64,000 bases of DNA from positions 1,064-65,063 of the forward strand of contig JBAZTV010000003.1 in the NCBI GenBank assembly GCA_041661765.1, given 5' to 3'. This stretch comes from Candidatus Shapirobacteria bacterium. Its GTDB lineage: Bacteria > Patescibacteriota > Microgenomatia > UBA12405. Position numbers and translations under genes: made by a program. A model generated the notes under the pieces. That model ran no database searches. It had not been told where the DNA came from and saw only the letters and a program-made list of their open reading frames with translations. Shown piece after piece: positions 16,862-26,895 of the stretch (positions are counted from its first letter, which is position 1; each line of letters starts with the position of its first letter).

Positions 16862-18391
16862 ATGGTAAAAATCGTTTTAAAATCAGTCGTTAAATCAGTC
16901 GGCCACGGGATTAAAAATGACCCCGAAATTAAACGCATCTACAACAAATATCCAAAAACTTTTAGATTTATCAAAAACAGACTTACCATTAATGAAAAAT
17001 ATGGTCTCTATTTAACCATTGGTAGCCTGATTACTTTATTTTTCATTTACTTATTCTTTAAAGTTATTCAAAGCTATATCGGACAAGAAGCTTTAATTCG
17101 CGCCGACCTAAGAATCATAAATCTCATCAGTCATTTTCGTACCCCTGAGCTAAACCAATTCATGCTTTTTATCACTTATCTAGCTCAAGGAGAAATCATT
17201 GCCATTGCTGTTATTTTTTCCCTAATAATTTTATTCTTACTTCGCAAATGGTCTTATCTTCGCAGTCTTTTAGTTTTTGTGGTCGGAGGAGAATTGTTTG
17301 TCTGGGTTATTAAAAACATTGTCGACCGCCAACGACCACCATTATCCGAAGCCTTAGTTACTGAAACCAGTTATAGTTTCCCTAGCGGTCACAGTTTCAT
17401 TGCCATCGCTTTTTACGGTCTTATTGTTTTTTTTCTTTTCGACAGTCTCAAAAAAAAATATCTCAAAATCATTAGTCTAATCTTAGGAATTATTTTAGTA
17501 ATTTTAATCGGCACTTCCAGAATTTATCTTGGCGCTCACTGGCCATCAGATGTCCTGGCCAGCTATGCCTCGAGTCTGGCTTGGCTTTCCATTATTATTA
17601 CCATCACTCATATCAAGAAAAAATTTCATCCCAAAATTATCCAATCACCCCGTTTATCATCTAAAACCATTTCTAAAATTAGTATCCTACTAATAATAAT
17701 CTTTTCTTTTATTGTTTATCTCTTTTATCAAAACCATCCACTTAAAAATATAACCGTCGCTCCAATTTCTAAAACAATTATCGAAACCAACGAAATTGAC
17801 ACTAAATTATTTACAACCTTACCTAAAATCAGTGAAACCATCACTGCCGCTCCGGCCGAACCGATAAATATTATTATCGTTACTAATAAAAAAGTTTTAA
17901 ATAAAGCCTTCATTAATTCCGGCTGGTTTTTATTAGATCAGATTAATCCCAAAACTAGTCTAAAAATTATTAGTTCTATTATCAAAAAACAATCTTACCC
18001 TCAAACACCTGGCCTTCCAGTTTTTTGGGACACTCGTTCCAATGATATTGGTTTTGGTAAACCTACCTCAGAAAATTTAGCCAATTCTCGCCAACACATT
18101 CATTTTTGGGAAACCAATTTCATCACCTCCGATAATCAGTTGATTTGGGTCGGTACTGCTCATTTTGATGAAGAGATAAAAACTATCGGTAAACTAATTT
18201 TACCCATTCACACTACTGACAAAATGGTCGACAAAGAACGAGAAGAGATTAAAAATAATTTAGAACAAAATGGTTTCTTAAAATCATTCGAAAAAATTAA
18301 TCTCACCGGTCTAGCTTATGGATCCAAAAAAAGTGGAAATAATTTTCTTACCGACGGCCAAGCTTATATTTTATACCTCAAAGACAAATGA
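16862..18391 (+). CDS. PAP2-family phosphatase (membrane) fused to a C-terminal LssY-like domain
   Basis: PAP2 motifs RP...PSGH...SRIYLGAHWPSD; several TM helices; ~250-aa C-terminal extension. Confidence 0.65.
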   Translation: MVKIVLKSVVKSVGHGIKNDPEIKRIYNKYPKTFRFIKNRLTINEKYGLYLTIGSLITLFFIYLFFKVIQSYIGQEALIRADLRIINLISHFRTPELNQFMLFITYLAQGEIIAIAVIFSLIILFLLRKWSYLRSLLVFVVGGELFVWVIKNIVDRQRPPLSEALVTETSYSFPSGHSFIAIAFYGLIVFFLFDSLKKKYLKIISLILGIILVILIGTSRIYLGAHWPSDVLASYASSLAWLSIIITITHIKKKFHPKIIQSPRLSSKTISKISILLIIIFSFIVYLFYQNHPLKNITVAPISKTIIETNEIDTKLFTTLPKISETITAAPAEPINIIIVTNKKVLNKAFINSGWFLLDQINPKTSLKIISSIIKKQSYPQTPGLPVFWDTRSNDIGFGKPTSENLANSRQHIHFWETNFITSDNQLIWVGTAHFDEEIKTIGKLILPIHTTDKMVDKEREEIKNNLEQNGFLKSFEKINLTGLAYGSKKSGNNFLTDGQAYILYLKDK

Positions 18392-18681
18392 CCAAAAACC
18401 AACCAACCGCAATTGGCGATCAACTATTTAAATTTAAAGAAACTTTAGATCAGCGTAAAAAATATATCAAGAATGAATTTCAATCATACGGTCTTGAACT
18501 AGCCAAAGAATTAGGTGACTGGAAAAATCGTTCTCTTTATATTCGTTTATCCAAAACCATGGATCGTCAAATTTTAGAAACAGCCAGATATTTTGTCAAA
18601 GACCAAAACCCAGGTGCCATTAAAACTCCATATAAGCTCTTTATGTGGAAACTTCGCCAGATTAAAGAAAGTAAATTATAG
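18388..18681 (+). CDS. Hypothetical small protein
   Basis: 97-aa ORF with a 4-nt overlap to the upstream gene. Confidence 0.35.
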   Translation: MTKNQPTAIGDQLFKFKETLDQRKKYIKNEFQSYGLELAKELGDWKNRSLYIRLSKTMDRQILETARYFVKDQNPGAIKTPYKLFMWKLRQIKESKL

Positions 18682-18695
18682 TATAATTCCAATAT

Positions 18696-19736
18696 ATGTC
18701 TTTTTTTAAAAAAAATTTTAAGAAAATAATTATTATTACTGTAATTTTACTTATAATTACAGGTGTAACTATTAAAGTCAGATCAACCGGAAACAAAGCT
18801 CAAACTTTCGATATTAAAAAAGAAACCACCATTTCTCCGACTAGACAAAACATAAAAGAAGAAATTACCCTAACAGGATCTATCGATGCCACCTCCAAAG
18901 CCAATCTTCAATTTCAAACAAGCGGACAACTTGCTTGGATTGGAGTTAAAGTAGGGGATAAAGTAAAAAAATATCAAGCCATCGCTAGCCTAAATAAAGA
19001 AGTACTAAAAAAACAGCTTCAATCCGATTTTAATAATTACAAAACAGCTGCTTCTAATTTTTACGATAAAGCCGATGAATATAAAGACTCCGCTCTCACT
19101 ACCGAAGTTAGAAGAATTCTTGAACGCAATCAAAATACTTTAGATAATTCTGTCATCAATTACGAACTTCAAGATTTAGCTATTAAATACGCCACCTTAG
19201 TTTCACCTATTGCTGGTGTAGTCGTTGATATCGAGCAGCCAAATAGTGGTGTTAATATCACTCCCAGTAGTGCTTCTTTCGTCATTATCGATCCAAACAG
19301 TCTTTATTTCAGATCAAAAATTGATCAAGAAGATGTTTCAAAAATAAAAGTTGGAGATAAAACAACTATTAAATTAGACAGTTTTCCAGAAAAAACATTT
19401 GAATCAGAAATAGAATATATTGCTTTTACCCCAATTACTGGAGAATCAAATACTATATATGAAGTTAGATTTAAGTTTCCAAAAGAAAACGACAATCTTC
19501 AATATCGTCTTGGTATGGATGGAGATGCTGTTATTTCTCTAAGAGAAGTTGAAAATGCTTTAACTATTCCGATAGAATCACTCCATCAAGAAAATGACCA
19601 GATCTACGTCTTTGTAAAAGAAAATAATAATACTAATATGTCTAAAAAATACGTTAAAACTGGTATTGAAACTGATACTTTTGTTGAAATTTTAGAAGGA
19701 CTTTCCGAAAATGACCAAATCGTCATCTCTAAATAA
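18696..19736 (+). CDS. Efflux transporter periplasmic adaptor (HlyD/MacA family)
   Basis: N-terminal TM, coiled-coil and biotinyl-like beta-barrel segments. Confidence 0.65.
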   Translation: MSFFKKNFKKIIIITVILLIITGVTIKVRSTGNKAQTFDIKKETTISPTRQNIKEEITLTGSIDATSKANLQFQTSGQLAWIGVKVGDKVKKYQAIASLNKEVLKKQLQSDFNNYKTAASNFYDKADEYKDSALTTEVRRILERNQNTLDNSVINYELQDLAIKYATLVSPIAGVVVDIEQPNSGVNITPSSASFVIIDPNSLYFRSKIDQEDVSKIKVGDKTTIKLDSFPEKTFESEIEYIAFTPITGESNTIYEVRFKFPKENDNLQYRLGMDGDAVISLREVENALTIPIESLHQENDQIYVFVKENNNTNMSKKYVKTGIETDTFVEILEGLSENDQIVISK

Positions 19737-20406
19737 TTCTAAAACCATTTTGGAATTAAAAAATGTTTTTAAAACTTATTTTTCTAATGAAGATCTTTTT
19801 TATGCCCTTAAAAATGTTTCTTTTAAAATTAACGAAGGTGATTTTATTTCTATTACCGGTCCATCTGGATCCGGAAAATCAACCCTAATGCACATTATCG
19901 GTTTATTAGACAACCCCACTTCTGGTGAAGTTCTTTTAAATAGAAAAAATATTTCTCAACTTCCCGAAAAAAAATTAGCCCAAATCAGAAACGTTACTCT
20001 TGGTTTTGTTTTTCAACAATTTAATTTATTAGCTAAAACTTCATCTTTAGAAAATGTTATTTTACCTTTGGTTTATTCCGATGTACCCCAAAAAGACAGA
20101 AATCAAATGGGTATAAAAATGCTAACCAAAGTTGGCCTTCAAGATAAATTTAAAAACACTCCAAATCAACTCTCTGGTGGTCAACAACAACGTGTGGCTA
20201 TTGCCAGAGCATTAATAAATAATCCTCAAATAATTTTAGCCGACGAACCAACTGGAAATCTCGACAGTAAATCTGGTGCCGCCATCATGAAATTTCTCCA
20301 CCAATTAAACAAAGAGGGGAAAACTATTGTTTTTGTCACTCATGACTCAGACCTTGCTAAACAAGCTAAAAAAATTATTATTATTAAAGACGGTCAAATA
20401 ATTTAA
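19711..20406 (+). CDS. ABC transporter ATP-binding protein (MacB/LolD-like)
   Basis: Walker A GPSGSGKST, signature LSGGQQQRVAIARAL, Walker B ILADEPT. Confidence 0.85.
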   Translation: MTKSSSLNNSKTILELKNVFKTYFSNEDLFYALKNVSFKINEGDFISITGPSGSGKSTLMHIIGLLDNPTSGEVLLNRKNISQLPEKKLAQIRNVTLGFVFQQFNLLAKTSSLENVILPLVYSDVPQKDRNQMGIKMLTKVGLQDKFKNTPNQLSGGQQQRVAIARALINNPQIILADEPTGNLDSKSGAAIMKFLHQLNKEGKTIVFVTHDSDLAKQAKKIIIIKDGQII

Positions 20407-20408
20407 TT

Positions 20409-21626
20409 ATGCTTAAACCTTCATTTAACGAATTACTTCGCTCAAGTGTCCGCTCTATTTTAAAAAATAAAAGTCGAACTATTTTAACTTCTCTTGGAAT
20501 TATTATTGGTGTCACTTCAGTAATTCTCTTAACCTCAATTGGTAATGGTCTTAAAGGTTATATCACTAAACAGTTTGATTCTTTAGGAGCAAATTCCATT
20601 TATGTTATGCCTGGAAAAGTCTTTAATGACAATGGCGGATTCAGTAATAGTGGGGGGATGATGACTACCAGTTTCACTCAAAAAGATATTAGTTCGTTAA
20701 AAAGAGAAATAAAAGATGTCGAAATTATTCCTGTTAATGCTGTATTTACTGACATTAGCTCGTCTCAAGCAACTAAAAAATCAATCGAAATAGATGGTGC
20801 TACTGAAGGTTTTGGTAAAGCCACTAATCTTATCCCTTCCAATGAAAATGGTCGTTGGTTTACAAAAGAAGAAGAAGAAAAAAATACCCCTGTTATTGTT
20901 TTAGGGTACAAATTAGCCCAAGATCTTTTTCCCAAATCTAGTGCTCTAGGTAAAAAAGTAATAGTTAAAGGTAAAAATCTTAAAGTTATTGGTATTGTTG
21001 ATAAAAAAGGTGCATCAATGGGTGGACCAAGTATAGATGATCAAGCATACGTTCCTTTATCTATTGCTTTTAATTTTTCTGGAAATGAAAATATAAATAC
21101 TATTTTGGTTAAAACAATCAATAAAGAGGTAATTGAAAAAACAAAAAAAGATATTACTAAAGTTATGTTAAAAAAATATGACTCAGATGCTTTTTCTGTT
21201 TTTGATAGTTCTCAACTTTTGAATTCAATAAATTCAATTATTAATATTCTTACTATCGGTCTTAGTGGCATCGCTGCTATTTCCCTTGTTGTCGGCGGTA
21301 TCGGCATTATGAACATAATGTTAGTTTCTGTCACCGAACGCACCAGAGAAATTGGTCTTAGAAAAGCCATTGGCGCTTCTCCAAATGCCATTTTAATTCA
21401 ATTTTTAATCGAGGCTGTTATTTTATCTTGTTTTGGTGGAATAATAGGCATTATTATTGGATTTTTAGGAACGTTAGCTATTAATCCATTTTTTCCCGCC
21501 AAAATCACCTTATCCTCTGTTCTATTAGCTTTTGGTGTTTCATCAGCTGTCGGTATCATATTTGGAGTTGCTCCAGCCAGAAAAGCCTCCAAACTTTCCC
21601 CAATCGAAGCCCTTAGATACGAATAG
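20409..21626 (+). CDS. ABC transporter permease (FtsX/MacB family)
   Basis: N-terminal TM, large periplasmic domain, C-terminal FtsX-like 3-TM bundle. Confidence 0.7.
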   Translation: MLKPSFNELLRSSVRSILKNKSRTILTSLGIIIGVTSVILLTSIGNGLKGYITKQFDSLGANSIYVMPGKVFNDNGGFSNSGGMMTTSFTQKDISSLKREIKDVEIIPVNAVFTDISSSQATKKSIEIDGATEGFGKATNLIPSNENGRWFTKEEEEKNTPVIVLGYKLAQDLFPKSSALGKKVIVKGKNLKVIGIVDKKGASMGGPSIDDQAYVPLSIAFNFSGNENINTILVKTINKEVIEKTKKDITKVMLKKYDSDAFSVFDSSQLLNSINSIINILTIGLSGIAAISLVVGGIGIMNIMLVSVTERTREIGLRKAIGASPNAILIQFLIEAVILSCFGGIIGIIIGFLGTLAINPFFPAKITLSSVLLAFGVSSAVGIIFGVAPARKASKLSPIEALRYE

Positions 21627-21650
21627 TTTTATTTTGCTATTATTAATAAA

Positions 21651-22214
21651 GTGAAACAAAATTTACTGTTTGATTTATTGCCAACAATTATTGTTTTTTT
21701 TATAGTTTCTATTTTTTGGGTTATTTTTGGAATTTCCAATATTGAAATACTCTACCTATTAATTGGCCTAATTTTAGGACATATCTTTCTCGATCTCGAT
21801 CATGTCATTTATTGGTTTTACCGAAAACCCAACACTGACGAAAGCCGAATTATAAAAAACACTCTCGAAAAAAAAGACTTTAAGTCATTTTTTAAATTAA
21901 TAAAAGCGGCCAGAACTAGTCATGATAATTTAATTTTCCATCATTATTTCTTCCAAGTTAGTATCAATTTGATTTCATTTTTTATTTTTATTTCTTCATC
22001 AAACATTTTTTGTCTTTCTTTTCTTTTATCCATCAATTTACATCTCTTAACCGACGAAATTCGAGACTATTTACGTAATCCAAAATTTCTTCAAAATTGG
22101 CTTTTTGCAAGGGAAGAAAAACAATTGTCAATAGAATCTCTTAAAAATTATTTAATAATTTTTATTATTCTCTTCTTTATTTTCCTATTCCTTCTTGTAA
22201 AATCTAAAACATGA
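21651..22214 (+). CDS. Hypothetical integral membrane protein
   Basis: Multiple hydrophobic helices; no recognisable motifs. Confidence 0.4.
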   Translation: MKQNLLFDLLPTIIVFFIVSIFWVIFGISNIEILYLLIGLILGHIFLDLDHVIYWFYRKPNTDESRIIKNTLEKKDFKSFFKLIKAARTSHDNLIFHHYFFQVSINLISFFIFISSSNIFCLSFLLSINLHLLTDEIRDYLRNPKFLQNWLFAREEKQLSIESLKNYLIIFIILFFIFLFLLVKSKT

Positions 22215-22732
22215 TTATGTCATCACCTCAACTTTTCGATGATGCTAAAAAATTTTTATCTCAACATCAACAAGATTTATTGAGCGATGTTGAAACCGTT
22301 CTCCAAAGAATTGATTCTGTTGACAATATCCACGATTATTCTTTTTTTGTTGCTCCAATTTCCAAAGCTTACGAAGGATTTTTGAAAGATTTTTTCCTTA
22401 AAATAGGTATTATTTCTGAAAATGACTACGAAAGTGATCGTTTTAGGGTTGGTAAAACTTTAAACCCATCTCTTCGTTATAAAAGATTTTCCGTTTTTCA
22501 AAAGTTAGCCGATATTCACAATGATGGTGAAGAATTAGCCGAAGATCTCTGGACCGCCTGGAAGTTCGGTCGAAATGAAATTTTTCATTATTTTCCCAAT
22601 ACATCTCAAGATTTAACTTTAATACAAGCCCAAGAAAGAATCGATTTACTTTTAAAAACAATTATTAAAGCAGGGGAGTTTTTAGTCAAAAACAAAGAAA
22701 TTATTCGTCAATCTCAATCAACTTATTATTAA
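22211..22732 (+). CDS. Hypothetical protein with a possible HEPN-type Rx4H motif (RNEIFH)
   Basis: Rx4-6H motif near the C-terminus; 4-nt start/stop overlap with the upstream membrane protein. Confidence 0.3.
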   Translation: MIMSSPQLFDDAKKFLSQHQQDLLSDVETVLQRIDSVDNIHDYSFFVAPISKAYEGFLKDFFLKIGIISENDYESDRFRVGKTLNPSLRYKRFSVFQKLADIHNDGEELAEDLWTAWKFGRNEIFHYFPNTSQDLTLIQAQERIDLLLKTIIKAGEFLVKNKEIIRQSQSTYY

Positions 22733-23489
22733 AATTCAAAGGCACTGGTATTTTTTCAGCACTCCCTGGTACGTCAAAAATTAAAGTTGGACAAGCTAAT
22801 CCAGAAAGTTTCCTTCTCAACTCTGTCATAATCTCTATTTCTTTCTTTAACGGTACTATAAAATGTTCTATTCCTTCAATCTTATTGCACTGATAGATAT
22901 TGTAAGGTCTAACGCCAAGTTTAATTAGCCTAGAAAAAAGTTTTTCTAAAACTTCAAACGAATCATTTACTCCTTTTAAAAACACTGATTGAGAATATAA
23001 AATTACACCTGTCTTTCTAATTTTTTTAATAGCCAATTCAACTTTTGAATTTAATTCTTTGTAATGATTAATATGAATTGAAAGATAAATTATTTGTTTA
23101 TATTGTTGTCTTAAAATTTTTAAAAACTCCTCTGATACCAATAATGGAGCAGTAATCACCGCTCGAGTGTGAATTCTAAAAATTTTGATTTGGTCCAAAA
23201 CTTTTAATTTTTTAATTAAATAATCTAATAAATCTACCATCATCAACGGTTCACCACCCGAAAAAATCACTTCTGTAATTTCCTTATGTTGGATAATATA
23301 TTCCACAATTTTATCAATATCCTTTTTATTTAATACTTCTCTATTTTCCTCTTTTTTCCACTTCCTATAACAAAATTCACATTCCACTGGACATTTTAAA
23401 GTTAACTCAATTAAAACCCTGTTTTCATATCTCCTAATTAGGCCTTTGGTTGGGGTATATTTGTCTTCTTTAAAAAGATCCCTGGTCAT
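22701..23489 (-). CDS. Radical SAM protein, KamA/EpmB-like (lysine 2,3-aminomutase family), unusually short at 262 aa
   Basis: CPVECEFCYRKW matches the KamA-family CxxxCxxC cluster context. Confidence 0.55.
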   Translation of the reverse strand: MTRDLFKEDKYTPTKGLIRRYENRVLIELTLKCPVECEFCYRKWKKEENREVLNKKDIDKIVEYIIQHKEITEVIFSGGEPLMMVDLLDYLIKKLKVLDQIKIFRIHTRAVITAPLLVSEEFLKILRQQYKQIIYLSIHINHYKELNSKVELAIKKIRKTGVILYSQSVFLKGVNDSFEVLEKLFSRLIKLGVRPYNIYQCNKIEGIEHFIVPLKKEIEIMTELRRKLSGLACPTLIFDVPGSAEKIPVPLNFNNKLIEIDE

Positions 23490-24633
23490 GGAGATATGTT
23501 ATCATACAACCATGAAAGAACTAGAGATTAATATTTCTAAAAATATTGATGCTAATATTGGATCAATCAACAGCCTCGAATTTCAAGAAAACGGAACTGA
23601 GCGTCTTAAAGGGTCATACACAAAATTAGTCAATAACAGCCAAGAAATTTTTGATCATTTAAAACAATCTATTCCCAATTTACTCGACCAAAATCCAAGC
23701 CGACTTTGCAGTCGTTATTTTGTCACCAAAAAAGGCATAGCCAATCTAACTTCTTTAATTGATGATCAAAGAATAGAAAAATTTTTACTTAAAGTCGAAG
23801 CTCAAATTCCTTTAGGTAAAATAGATCGATTAAATAACCAAGAAATTTTTTGGGTATGGGTGGGAGGTAACACTAAAAATCGAAACCTTGATCCAACTTT
23901 AGAAAAACAATTTTTAAAAGAAATCCATCAAAAATCAGAAATTCAATTAAAATCTCATATTGAACAAATCCCCAATAATTATCGTTTCGTTTTATTGGGA
24001 ACAAAAAAAAGGATAAGTCAACTTCAAACAAATGAGGTTCCAAAATTCGTTAAATTTGAAGAAATAACTAAAGATTACGCCACTCAAATTGCTAAATTAT
24101 ACAAAGACAGGATGCCTATCTATGTTGCTCCAAATGATGATCCTGAATATATTTTGAATACAGTAGCCGATAGTAATGAAACCGTCCTCTTGGTTGGAAT
24201 TAATACTCAAACCAATCAAATAGAAGCCGTCATGGCTAATGAATTTACTCAATATCCATTAGAAGACACTACTATCAACATTTGTGAATCAAATGATTGG
24301 ATTAAAAAAAGAGGTAGTGAAATACCAAAAGAAGTTTTATATACGGTTCTAAATATTGGTATGATTAATGCTATTAATCATCAAATCGACGGTATTGAAG
24401 TTGAATGTGTACCAGAAAGTATTAAACTTGCCAAAGAAGTTGGTGGTTTTGAAGCCACTAAATATTTTTTAAAACGAACCTCTTTTATGGTTACCGATGG
24501 TAAAAATATTGAAGCCAATGACACTACTATTCCTCCAGAATATAGAAAATTTAATTCACTTTTTTTATTCTATATCACTCCACCAACTCAATCTTGGCAA
24601 TTTTGGAAAGAATTAAGTCAAAAAACCACTTAA
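23488..24633 (+). CDS. Hypothetical protein (start likely ATG at 23488 or 23512, divergent from the kamA-like gene)
   Basis: Long ORF; no recognisable motifs. Confidence 0.4.
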   Translation: MEICYHTTMKELEINISKNIDANIGSINSLEFQENGTERLKGSYTKLVNNSQEIFDHLKQSIPNLLDQNPSRLCSRYFVTKKGIANLTSLIDDQRIEKFLLKVEAQIPLGKIDRLNNQEIFWVWVGGNTKNRNLDPTLEKQFLKEIHQKSEIQLKSHIEQIPNNYRFVLLGTKKRISQLQTNEVPKFVKFEEITKDYATQIAKLYKDRMPIYVAPNDDPEYILNTVADSNETVLLVGINTQTNQIEAVMANEFTQYPLEDTTINICESNDWIKKRGSEIPKEVLYTVLNIGMINAINHQIDGIEVECVPESIKLAKEVGGFEATKYFLKRTSFMVTDGKNIEANDTTIPPEYRKFNSLFLFYITPPTQSWQFWKELSQKTT

Positions 24634-25611
24634 AAAAGAAAAAACATTCTTACCAACGTCTTCATGGTAACCACCTTCTTGAACAATTACTGTTGGGCAA
24701 TTTAAAGATTCTATTTCTTTAGCCATATTTTGGTAATAATCATTTGTTAATTTAAAATCACCCAACAAGTCTTTTTTGTAGGTATCCAATCCTAAACTTA
24801 TAACTAAATATTTCGGGCCAAAAATTTTAATTTTTTCTAGAGCTTTTTTTAAAGCTTTAGAATAATCATTATCATTAGCACCCGAAGATAAAATTATATT
24901 TAAATTTTTATTTTCACCTAAACCCACACCAATTTCATCTTCAAAACCCCAATAATAAGGAAATTTATTTCGTGGATCTGCATGAATGGAAACAGTTAAA
25001 ACATCACCTCTATCATAAAAAATATCTTGCGTTCCGTTACCATGATGATAATCAATATCCAAAACAGCTACCGTTCCTAATTTTGACAAATATTGAGCTG
25101 CAATCGCTGCATTATTTAAATAACAAAAACCTCCCATTAAAGATTTCATTGCATGATGTCCTGATGGTCTAGTCAAAGCATAAACTATTTTATTTCCATC
25201 AACTACTTTTTTTGCTGCAGTATAAGCAACAGCCGCACTAGACAAAATACTAGTAAAAATATTTTTAGAAACCGGAGTATAGATATCTAAGCTAAATCTC
25301 CCTAATTTAGGTAAAAAACTCGATAACTCACGTTTTTTATCATGCCAAAAATCAGTCGGAAAATGATATGCCTCATCAATAATTGATTTATCTAAATCTC
25401 CCAAAAAATCCACATAATCTGAATCATGGATTTCTTTAATAAATTCTGTTTCTAAATTTTCCGGACCAAATTCAACACCTATATTTTTTTTCTTTAACTC
25501 ACTTAATATATTGTCTATTCTTTTAACTTGATCAAAATGTTCCTCATTCCATAATAAAACTGGACTATATTTTTTATTTTCCAAACTGTAAATAATTGGA
25601 ATTTTATTCAT
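24613..25611 (-). CDS. Histone deacetylase-family amidohydrolase (HDAC/AcuC/acetylpolyamine amidohydrolase-like)
   Basis: VLDIDYHHGNGTQDIFY matches the HDAC zinc-site motif. Confidence 0.75.
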   Translation of the reverse strand: MNKIPIIYSLENKKYSPVLLWNEEHFDQVKRIDNILSELKKKNIGVEFGPENLETEFIKEIHDSDYVDFLGDLDKSIIDEAYHFPTDFWHDKKRELSSFLPKLGRFSLDIYTPVSKNIFTSILSSAAVAYTAAKKVVDGNKIVYALTRPSGHHAMKSLMGGFCYLNNAAIAAQYLSKLGTVAVLDIDYHHGNGTQDIFYDRGDVLTVSIHADPRNKFPYYWGFEDEIGVGLGENKNLNIILSSGANDNDYSKALKKALEKIKIFGPKYLVISLGLDTYKKDLLGDFKLTNDYYQNMAKEIESLNCPTVIVQEGGYHEDVGKNVFSFLSGFLT

Positions 25612-26620
25612 TACTACTATTTAAAATAGTAATAACTCTTAAATCTTGAATACTTTTTAAGTCAGCCAAAATCATAGCCAACCTATCCATTCCAATAGCG
25701 ATTCCTGCACATTTTGGTAATTTTTGTAAAATATCTATAAAATTATAATCTGGTTCTATTTTAATCATCTTTGTTTTTTCTCTAATTTGAATATCTTCTT
25801 CAAATCTTCTTCTATGTTCCTCTATATTAGTTTTTTCAGTGGAAGCATTACCGCAATTTCCCAATTCAATTCCCTCTATGTAAAATTCTAATCTTTCAGC
25901 AATGTTTTTTTCTTTATTATATTGAGCCGTAGCTGCTAATTCTCGTGGATATTCGTAAATAAAAGTCACTAAACCATCTTTTCCTAAATTTGGCTCCACT
26001 TCAATTCCGTAAATCTGAGACCAAACATCAGTATAATCCATTCCTTCAGTTCGATAACCTTTTTCCTTTGCTTGTCCAAAAAAAATCTTATGATTAAAAA
26101 TATCAGTTATTCCGGCATATTTTTTAAAAGCCTCAGCCACAGTAATTTTTTCATAAGTATTTAAGTTTATTTTTTTACCCTGATACTCCAATTCATTTTT
26201 ATTAAACATTTTTTTGGCCATAAACCTCAACATTTCCATCACATCTTCGATAATATCGAAATAATCACCATTTACCCGATAAAATTCCAACATTGTAAAT
26301 TCATAGGAATGTTTTTTTTCGACCGGCTCATTATTTCTAAAAGATTTTCCCAAAAAATAACAATTACCAATTCCTCCAACTATTAATCTTTTTAAAAACA
26401 ATTCTGGCGACGGAATTAGATACATTTCCTGTTTATCTTTATTAAATAAATTTTTAGTTTCAAAAATTTCCAAATAAGACTCTGGTATTAGTTTAGGTGA
26501 GAGTAGGGGAGTATCGATTTCTTCAAAATCATTTTTTTGCAAAAAAACACTTGCCAATCCTTTTATTTTCAAAAAAATCTGATGGTTTTTTAAATTATCA
26601 ATTTTACATTCAATTTCCAT
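25604..26620 (-). CDS. Class II aminoacyl-tRNA synthetase catalytic-core paralog, EpmA/PoxA-like (EF-P lysyl transferase) or AsnA-like; no anticodon-binding domain
   Basis: Motif 2 FRNEP...EFTMLEFY and motif 3 GIAIGMDRL; 338 aa. Confidence 0.55.
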   Translation of the reverse strand: MEIECKIDNLKNHQIFLKIKGLASVFLQKNDFEEIDTPLLSPKLIPESYLEIFETKNLFNKDKQEMYLIPSPELFLKRLIVGGIGNCYFLGKSFRNNEPVEKKHSYEFTMLEFYRVNGDYFDIIEDVMEMLRFMAKKMFNKNELEYQGKKINLNTYEKITVAEAFKKYAGITDIFNHKIFFGQAKEKGYRTEGMDYTDVWSQIYGIEVEPNLGKDGLVTFIYEYPRELAATAQYNKEKNIAERLEFYIEGIELGNCGNASTEKTNIEEHRRRFEEDIQIREKTKMIKIEPDYNFIDILQKLPKCAGIAIGMDRLAMILADLKSIQDLRVITILNSSNE

Positions 26621-26682
26621 AGGACCTATTATATCAATCTTATTATTATTGACATAAACATTAAATCTAGTAATATAAAGAC

Positions 26683-26874
26683 ATGATAAAAATTAATCTC
26701 GATCAAAATAAATGTATTGGTTGTAATACCTGTGTTTTAATGGATCCAGAAACTTTTGAAATGGATACCACTATATACAAGGCCAAAGTTAAAAAACAGC
26801 CAGAAATTATTACTGACAATATCAAGTCCGCTGTTGAGGCTTGTCCTGTCAGTGCCATTACTATCGAACAATAA
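26683..26874 (+). CDS. Small 4Fe-4S ferredoxin
   Basis: CIGCNTC ... ACPVSAI cysteine pattern; 63 aa. Confidence 0.6.
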   Translation: MIKINLDQNKCIGCNTCVLMDPETFEMDTTIYKAKVKKQPEIITDNIKSAVEACPVSAITIEQ

Positions 26875-26895
26875 ATTAATAATTTATAAAAAAAT

